From: an uncultured Hormoscilla sp.
GTDB taxonomy: Bacteria > Cyanobacteriota > Cyanobacteriia > Cyanobacteriales > Desertifilaceae
Assembly (NCBI GenBank): GCA_963921275.4
Contig: OZ001293.3
Span: 3,584,001-3,648,000 of the forward strand
Length of the DNA stretch: 64,000 bases
Direction of reading: 5' to 3'
Below are positions 54,886 to 64,000 of this stretch, piece by piece (position 1 is the stretch's first letter; the number at the start of each line of letters is the position of its first letter). Below the pieces are notes generated by a model. It was not told where the DNA came from and did not search any database. It saw nothing but the letters and a program-made list of their open reading frames with translations. The position numbers and the translations under genes are program-made.

Positions 54886-55067
54886 GTTAGTAGCAGAAAC
54901 TGTGGCCAGGCAATCAAGAATAATTATCGGAAATAATTAATAGTATAAATGCTGTTTGGGGGGAAGGCGATCTCCTCTAGGAGAATTGATAATTATCCCA
55001 TTTTCAATTGACATAGTTAGTGGTTAGTGGTAAACTGATAAGCAAAAAATTATAGGAGAATAAAAAA

Positions 55068-56456
55068 ATGCCAGATTTGTTGCTGTCTTTCAAAAAGGAT
55101 ATCTCTGTGATAGAAGAAGGGGATGGCGTGGTGATGAGATCGCCCAACTCAAGCTTCAATTTGGGACAGCTATATCCGAGATTAGTAGCTGCTTTGAGAC
55201 AGCTTGCGGATGGTGGTGCCACGGAGGAGCGGCTTGCTGACATAGTGCAAGAGACTGCCGATGCTGCTGCCCTGCCTATGTTTTACTATTACCTACAGCA
55301 ATTTATCAATATGGGCATCATCTGCTATACCGTGCGGGCAGATGGGTTACCCCTGGCAACTCTAGTTCCCTTCTCTACTGCTGGGCAGTTGGAGTTCCCC
55401 CATGTGGCACTAGACCAAAAGTATACTCTATCCCGCTTTGCCTATTGCCGTCACGAAAAGGGACGGGCGATCGTGGAAACTCCTTTATTCCCGGCCAAAA
55501 TTATCTTAGCTGATTGGCGCGGTGCGGCCCTGCTGGGGAAACTCGCCCAGCCTCAAGATTGTACTACTTTGACTAAAATACCGGGCATCTCAGCAGATAC
55601 AGTCCGCAGCTTTTTCAGCCTGCTTGTGACTGCGAAAATGCTGGATGTTGCGGAAGCAACCGAAAATGATACCATGACCCAATGGGAATTTCACGATCTG
55701 CTATTTCATTCTCGCAGTCGCATGGGCAGACATGATTATCCCTTGGGCAAAACTCATCCTTTTTTGGACAAAATTCCGCCCCTTCCCGCTGTTAAACCGA
55801 AAATGTCAGAGCGGGCGATCGATCTCTATAAACCCGATATCCCCCTGCTGAAAGCAGGGGATGTTCCCTTTACCTGGGTATTAGAAGAGAGAAAATCAAT
55901 CAGGAATTATGGGGTAAATCCCATAACTGATAAACAGTTGGGAGAATTTCTTTATCGCTCAGCGAGAATGATAGCACTTCGCCCCAGTATGACGATCTTG
56001 GAATGTAGTAATCGTCCTTATCCCGGTGGGGGAGCCTGTTATGAATTGGAACTATATTTGGCAGTCAATACCTGCGATAATATTGACTCTGGTCTTTACC
56101 ATTATTGTCCCCAAGACCATCAACTTTGTCACATTGCCGACAGAAATCAACAGGTGGAGGCGCTCCTTAAAAATGCTCTGGGAGCCAGCGGCGAAGATGA
56201 AATGCCACAGGTGTTAATTATCCTTGCTGCTCGCTTTTAAAGAGTTGCTTGGGATTATCAATCGATGGCCTACAGCATAATTTTAAAGCATGTCGGGGTT
56301 TTATACCAAACGATGTATCTGGTGGCAACGGCTATAGATCTGGCCCCTTGCGGACTGGGAGTAGGCAATGCTGATTTATTCGCAACTGCGGCGGGTACAG
56401 ATTACTATGCAGAATCATCTGTGGGAGAATTTATGCTGGGTAGCAAGGGCAAGTAG
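55068..56456 (+). pseudogene. SagB/ThcOx-type azoline oxidase with in-frame stop
   Basis: WEFHDLLFHSRSR, RKSIR, RPYPGGGACYELE, LYQTMYLVATA; TAA at 56238-56240. Confidence 0.87.
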
Positions 56457-58103
<1,647 letters not shown>

Positions 58104-58117
58104 TCTAAGCCAAAGTA

Positions 58118-58554
58118 ATGAGCGGTGGGACTGTGGCATCTTGGGTTAAAATCATCGATAACAGAAATATTTACGCGATCGATCTCGATCGCATCGGTGC
58201 CTTTTCTAGTGCGCCGAACGGCAAGATCGCGTTTTGGTTGCCTGATAGCGGTGTTCCGATTATCATCAATCCCAAAGGCAACCCGGAAAGCTATTATAAA
58301 GTGCAGGAGTACCTCAGACAGATAGCTAGTTACTCCTTAGGAACTAATTGGATAAAATTCAGTTACGATCGAGAGGAATATGTGATAGATATTAACCCCA
58401 TAAGTGCTTTTTACTGGGAATAGAATAGTAAAAAGCTGACCTTTTGGTTGCCTGATAGCAAAAGCCCGCTCGTCCTCCATCCCCGCAGCAACAAAGATGC
58501 TTATGAAAAGTGCTGGAATATATTGAAAAAACAACAGGTAATTCTCGGGATTAA
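58118..58554 (+). pseudogene. Two-repeat hypothetical protein with stop and frameshift
   Basis: Duplicated W.K..Y.ID...I.AF and FWLPDS units; TAG at 58421-58423. Confidence 0.55.
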
Positions 58555-58593
58555 AATTGAGAATGAAAATTAGCCGCAATCAAGGTAAGAATA

Positions 58594-58910
58594 ATGGTAC
58601 TAGCAAGCACTGAGTACAAACATATCCAATTAGACGATCGCCAGTGCCGTACATCGCTGGCACGACCATGAAAGTAGTAGAATTGGTGACATCAGTGAAA
58701 GCTTACGGTTGGAGTCCGGAAGAATTGCACGCCAACTATCCTCATGTTTCCGGGAGTAAAATCCATTCGGCATTGGCGTACTATTGGGATCATAAAGAAG
58801 AACTTGATGCAGATATGGAACGACGATTCCAGTATGTCGAAAAACTTCGCCGAAAAGCAGGAGAATCTCCTCTTACGAAAAAACTACGGGAAAAGGGGTA
58901 TCTGAAGTGA
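58594..58910 (+). pseudogene. DUF433 antitoxin, frameshift near 58642 (GTG 58644 might restart it)
   Basis: PYIAGTTMKV, SPEELHANYPH, ALAYYWDH. Confidence 0.7.
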
Positions 58911-59250
58911 GTATTGCCCTGTATATGGATGAGCAAGTACCCAAACCAATTACACAGGGATTGCGTCAGCGGGGTGTGGATGTTTTGACTGTTCAAGAAG
59001 ATAGTCGCACTGGCACACCCGACTCCATTTTACTCGATCGTGCTACTGGACTTGGGCGAGTTATGTTTTCGCAAGATGATGATTTTCTTGTGGAAGCTAA
59101 TCGGCGTCTTGCTGAGAAAATAAATTTTGCGGGTGTTATCTACATCAGCAGAATGTTTCCATTGGTGATTGTGTCCGCGACTTGGAGATAATTGCTAAAG
59201 TATCCGATCGGGAAGATTGTGCCAATCGCATCCAATATCTTCTCTTATAA
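58907..59250 (+). pseudogene. DUF5615 PIN-like toxin, frameshifted
   Basis: LYMDEQV, GVDVLTVQE, SQDDDF; C-terminus SIGDCVRDLE in another frame. Confidence 0.75.
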
Positions 59251-59454
59251 TATCTTAAAACTATTGAAAAGAGAGCCGCAACAGAAAGAGGCGATCGGGT
59301 GCATTGAGATGCATGACATTCGTAATTAATATTTTTGCAAATATGAGATGCACCAGAGGCGATCGCCCGTGAAAAAAAAGGAGCGATCGCTTATTTTCTC
59401 ACCACTATTTACGATCTGGCTACACGCTATCGCTACGCTGCGCGTACGGGTACA

Positions 59455-59990
59455 CCCTTAGGCAACAACCTTCACCACCATCAATAACCCTAATGTATCG
59501 ACCAGAGTAAAGCCTTTGCGCCCAGTAGATCTTTTTGCCCCCGTCATAGCCAACATCTTTTCGATGTCTCTGCTCCTTGCTCTTGTCCCAGGGTACATAC
59601 GGCACACAGGAGACATCAATGAACCATCACCGCCTTGGCAGCTGTTTGTGAATCGAGACTACTGGTAGAAGGTGTAGGCTGACGATCTTCAACTACAGGT
59701 ACCCATTGCACATTCCGGAGCGTGGATACCTTTCCACGTTCCATCCGACCAGCGACCTTGCCGAAAGTAGTAGTAGACAGCTCGTAACAGCGGATAATTC
59801 TTGGGCAGCAACCGCCAAGGGCAGCCTGTCACTTCCATACCTCGCGATTTTATCAATCAACTCATTACAGTCATAACCTCTATCTCCAATTACTCTTTCT
59901 CCTTGTTGCTCCTGTAATAATGGCAAAATTAACATCGTGAATTTCTCCTGATGTCAGAGTAAAATCTCAAGGGTTCCCTAACCCATCGCT
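59455..59990 (-). mobile_element. Degraded IS5-family transposase fragments
   Basis: [36 protein letters not shown] and GDRGYD across frames. Confidence 0.7.
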
Positions 59991-60314
59991 AACAGCATGA
60001 ATTTTAGTAGTAAATCCTCCTACAGATCTTCCATTAGCTTGATTTGCTCCCCCTTTGCTGGCACAAGGATGACTTATAATTACAGTGCTATCTATTAATA
60101 GATTTTCTCAATCTGGATCCTCAATACAATTTTGATAGAGACTGTTCCAGATTCCTTTGGCACTACAACGGTTAAATATGCATAAAAACACTATTCACTT
60201 TGCTATATTGTTCGGGTAATTCTCTGTGCTTCTCATTATCCATAAGACTCTATTGATAAATTTTCTGCTCTTCTGTTCCCAGGTATATTGAACTCTGTCC
60301 TCTCAAAAATACTA

Positions 60315-61209
60315 GGGCGTGTCATCAGTTAAGCCAAACAACAGTAGCAGCCAGGTAGATAGCACCCAAGAAATTCTGAGCCCTCTTATCGTAACGGGTG
60401 GCAATGGCTCGATATTGCTTGAGTTTGGCAAAAAAATTCTCAATCAAATGACGTGCTTTGTATAGATATTTGTCATAACGGCGTTGTTCTTTTCGATTGG
60501 ATTTAGGCGGAATCACAGGTTCGCATTGCTGGGCTTCAAGACGTTTCAAAACCCGTTCGTCAGCATCAGAAGCTTTGTCTGCGAGTAACGCATCAGCCTT
60601 AATATTATCAAGTAACACATCAGCCCCTTCCAAATCGTGAGCTTGACCGGCTGTTAAATGAAAACCCGTTGGGTTCCCCAATGCGTCACAGGTCGCGTGA
60701 ATTTTGGTACTCAAACCCCCTTTACGGCGTCCGATGGCTTGGTCGCAATCTTTTTTTTGAGCACCTGCACTATGTTGATGAGCCCTTTATATCGTGGCAT
60801 CAATCATCGCATATTCGTTATCGGCATCGGACGCAAGTACCTTGAATACTCTTTCCCATACCCCGGATTTTGACCACCTACTATGGCGCGTATGAATTAC
60901 CCTCAAGTCCCCAAATCGCTCGGGTAAGTCCCGCCAAGGTATCCCAGCTCTATATCGATACAAGACAGCATAGACAAATAAGCGGTTATCCTTAGCTGTC
61001 CCCCCCACATAACCCTCCCGACCTGGCAATAGGTCCCTGATTCTCTCCCACTGGTCATCTCTTAAAGCATAGCGACGCATTTCTCAAATTCTCCTGCTCT
61101 AACCTTTACCCTCTTAGATCACACCAATATATCCTGGTTGTCAACTCAATCATCTTGTTATATATTTTTGGTGGGGACCCATATCGTTAATCTAACTGAT
61201 GACACGCCC
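60315..61209 (-). mobile_element. IS5-family (IS427-like) element; transposase 60325-61080 has an in-frame TAA
   Basis: Same TIRs as 18792-19662; TA duplication; stop at 60787-60789. Confidence 0.9.
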
Positions 61210-61334
61210 TAATATTTTTCCCAAGTTTTTCCTTGTATTTCTTGCATATTTAATTTGGCGATATTTTTTATCCATTAAACAGAATCAATTGTAATAGCAA
61301 TCGCTCTTTTTGTCAAGCAAAATGTCAACAGAAC

Positions 61335-63596
61335 CTACCAATTAACAGCAGGATCTAATTGTTCAGCTGCATCGGGATTGAGGATTTTTTGCCATTCTGC
61401 AATCTGGGATCTAGCCGCAGAGTAAAGATTGCTGGATGGAGAAATTTTTTGAGCGATCACGATCGCCCCTGGGAGGTCGTACCTAGACATATCCCGTGCG
61501 ATCTGGAGGAGTTCTTGACTCCAGTTAGCGATATCGCGATCGGCTTCGCTGCGCAATAGGCTATTTTTAGGCACCCGATCGGCAATAGCAATTGCCCGTG
61601 CCAGAGCTTCAGGAGTAAAGGTGAGAGCAATCTGACGGGCGGACTGCAAAGAACTGGTAGCTAAAAGTTGATTCTGCCAGTTTTTAATTTCTCGGGAGGC
61701 CTGAGCGTAGAGGGCCCGACCGGGTCGAATCTGTTGGGCAGTAGTAATAGCCGCCTCCAGGTCGCCGAGTGCGGCCAAATTCTGGGCGCGGTCAAGATCT
61801 GGTCGATCCTCAAGGCGCTGTATCCTATCAGTCCAGGAGAAAATTTTTTCACTAGCTTCCTGATAGAGAGCGCGTCCGGGGGCGATCCGTCGCGCTCGGG
61901 CGATCGCCGCCTTGAGGGATCTGAGATCTCCAGCGAGAGCCAACAGTTCTGCCCGGTCTAAGTCAGGACGGTCTTCAATCACCTCCAGCTGATTTTGCCA
62001 CTGGCTAATTTTGGACTTAGCTTCCCCATAAAGAGCGCGTCCGGGGGCTATGCGCCGCGCTTGGGCGAACGCTCTTTTCAGGGAGCGTTCTGTGCCAGCT
62101 ATAGCCAACCCTTCCGCCTTTTCCAAATAGGGGAGGTCTTCTATCACCTCGATCTGATGCCGCCACTGGCTAATATTGGACTGAGCTTCCTGATAGAGGG
62201 CCCGTCCTGGATCTATCATTTCCGCCGAGGCGATCGCCCCTTGCAAAGAACCCACATTCCCCTTGCTAGCCAGGATTTGAGCCCTATTTAATAAAGGACT
62301 ATCTTCAATTATTTCGATATCGCGCTTCCAAGTTTTAATCATGGCTTGCGCTTCTTTATAGCGGGGATTATTTACCGGAATCATCCCTACTTCTGCTACC
62401 GCCGCTGCCACGTCATTTACCCGACCGCTAGCAGCTAGTTGGCGAGCCTTTTCTAGGCGGGAAACATCTTCTATTTCTCGCTGCCAACGGCCAATCAATT
62501 GCTGAGCCCTGCCGTACATCGAACGAGATATATCTATTTTTTGAGCTTGCATAATCGCCGATTCCAGACTAGCAATATTTCCCTCCTCAGCAAGGGATTG
62601 GGCCGATGCTATGATTACAAAATCTTGAGTCTGGTCGTGCAACTTGGTCGCAGCGGGAATTTTGCGGGCGATCGCGATCGCCTCATAGCTATTGCCCTTT
62701 TCTAACTCCCTTTCTGCAAGCCGCATCATTTGACGACCATATTCCCAGACCGCTGTTTGGGCTTGAGCATATAGGTAACTATCTTGGCTTATATTTGCTG
62801 CTAAAGATATCGCTGCTAATAAATTCTCCGGGCCCCCTGTTTTTGATAACTCTCGGGCCCGAATCAACTTTTCGCTATCCGCCCGCCTCGTCTGAATTAG
62901 TTGATTTATTTCCGCGTACTTAGTCGTTCTCCAGTAGGTATTGTCCAGATCTTGTAGCTTTATAGCTACGCCTACAGCCTGCTGCCATTGGGAGGAACGC
63001 ATCTTGTCTTCTGCTTCTCGATAAATCCCTTCTGCAGACGCCCAGGTAGTTTGCCACTCTCTAATCCTGTCTTTAACTAACTTGTAGGTACTGGTGTCCG
63101 TGGGAACTTGGCGGGCTGTGGCGATCGCCTCCGATAGTTGACCGGTATTAAACTGTCGATCGCTCAGTGCCAAGATTTCCGTTGCCCACTGGTCGATCGA
63201 CTTATCGATCTGGGAGCGCAGGGGATGATCTAAAGGCAGAACCTTGACCAAGGCGATCGCCTCCAGCAACTCGGACAGAGTTTGGCCAGACGCCGCCAAC
63301 TCACCGCAATAGAGACGCAAAGAGGCCGAAGCCATCGGCCAATAGATTGACTCACAGTGGGGCTGGGACGGCAGGCGCACTAGTATTTTCAGGGCCAAAC
63401 CTGCCGCACCTACAGGCAGGAAAAAAACCACCACGAGCGCTAACTGCCAGAAAATCGAATAGCCCTTTTTCCGGAGATCTAGTCCATATGTGATGCTCTG
63501 GGTTGCTTGACTTAGCGACAAGGCCAAATCTCTTCGACCTAGGTCTTTAGGCTCTTTGTTCATATCTCCATCCACTGCCCCTAGGTAAACAAACAA
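61335..63596 (-). CDS. Membrane-anchored helical repeat protein
   Basis: One TM segment, SASLRLYC motif, repeated AIA.A..I.PGRALY.EA...I..W units. Confidence 0.75.
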   Translation of the reverse strand: MFVYLGAVDGDMNKEPKDLGRRDLALSLSQATQSITYGLDLRKKGYSIFWQLALVVVFFLPVGAAGLALKILVRLPSQPHCESIYWPMASASLRLYCGELAASGQTLSELLEAIALVKVLPLDHPLRSQIDKSIDQWATEILALSDRQFNTGQLSEAIATARQVPTDTSTYKLVKDRIREWQTTWASAEGIYREAEDKMRSSQWQQAVGVAIKLQDLDNTYWRTTKYAEINQLIQTRRADSEKLIRARELSKTGGPENLLAAISLAANISQDSYLYAQAQTAVWEYGRQMMRLAERELEKGNSYEAIAIARKIPAATKLHDQTQDFVIIASAQSLAEEGNIASLESAIMQAQKIDISRSMYGRAQQLIGRWQREIEDVSRLEKARQLAASGRVNDVAAAVAEVGMIPVNNPRYKEAQAMIKTWKRDIEIIEDSPLLNRAQILASKGNVGSLQGAIASAEMIDPGRALYQEAQSNISQWRHQIEVIEDLPYLEKAEGLAIAGTERSLKRAFAQARRIAPGRALYGEAKSKISQWQNQLEVIEDRPDLDRAELLALAGDLRSLKAAIARARRIAPGRALYQEASEKIFSWTDRIQRLEDRPDLDRAQNLAALGDLEAAITTAQQIRPGRALYAQASREIKNWQNQLLATSSLQSARQIALTFTPEALARAIAIADRVPKNSLLRSEADRDIANWSQELLQIARDMSRYDLPGAIVIAQKISPSSNLYSAARSQIAEWQKILNPDAAEQLDPAVNW

Positions 63597-63687
63597 TGGC
63601 TTTGGCTTTCCACCACTCCCGTTGCAGTATGTGTTATCCTACCCCTCAACTGAGAAAAAAAACCACATCGTCCATTATTATTTACAA

Positions 63688-64000
63688 TTAAAGTGCGTCC
63701 AAGCCGGATTCTATGCGTAAATCTCTAATCAACTGGGTGATTTGCTTGCCCGAAGCTTTGTATACTTCGGCGCAGAACTGGCAGGTCGCCTCTGCCCCAT
63801 CATCTTTCTCGATCATATCTTGCAGTTCGGCTTCCCCCAACAACTTCAAGGCTCCCAACATCCGATTGAAAGAGCATTTGCAGTCAAACCGTAGCATCTG
63901 CACCTCTGGTAGGATGACCAGACCCAGATATCCTAGCAACTGAGAGAATATCTGTGGCAAACTCAGACCCTCCCGCAGCAGGGGTGTAAAACCTGAGAGT
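63688..64000 (-). CDS. hslO: Hsp33 redox chaperone, 3' part
   Basis: C-x-C-S...C-x-x-C zinc motif (FDCKCS..ATCQFC); runs off the window. Confidence 0.88.
   Translation of the reverse strand, partial: LSGFTPLLREGLSLPQIFSQLLGYLGLVILPEVQMLRFDCKCSFNRMLGALKLLGEAELQDMIEKDDGAEATCQFCAEVYKASGKQITQLIRDLRIESGLDAL

Noticed and set aside
54984..55009. Fur box upstream of the SagB-type gene
   Set aside because: AT-rich inverted repeat matches only about half of the consensus

Overview
Cyanobacterial chromosomal DNA, judged from very frequent HIP1 (GCGATCGC) sites, psb29/thf1, ndhS, GUN4 and heptamer repeats. Intact core genes (aas, pdhC, dps, cobA, psb29, hemF, mrp, rodA, ndhS, gyrA, lnt, clpS, amidase, pyrG, hslO) alternate with decaying accessory DNA. 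A ~17 kb defence-like island (9.7-26.5 kb) holds two ATPase + TOPRIM-like pairs, a 13-copy array with a 21-bp period, an HSPA12-type Hsp70 / GrpE-like / coiled-coil module and toxin-antitoxin pairs separated by a recurring ~110-150 bp repeat. It also holds a DUF262 gene split by an ORF-less group II intron, a HEPN gene and a cytosine methyltransferase. A second decayed region (48-56.5 kb) has a truncated kinase/AAA gene, a porin fused by deletion to a YcaO heterocyclase, an intact amidohydrolase and a SagB-type oxidase, i.e. a broken azole RiPP cluster. IS982, IS5 and DUF6399 elements, MITEs and short palindromic repeats are common, and some sit inside core genes. Many accessory genes carry single in-frame stops, suggesting recent pseudogenisation. 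Family names come from recognising motifs by eye; no database searches were run.
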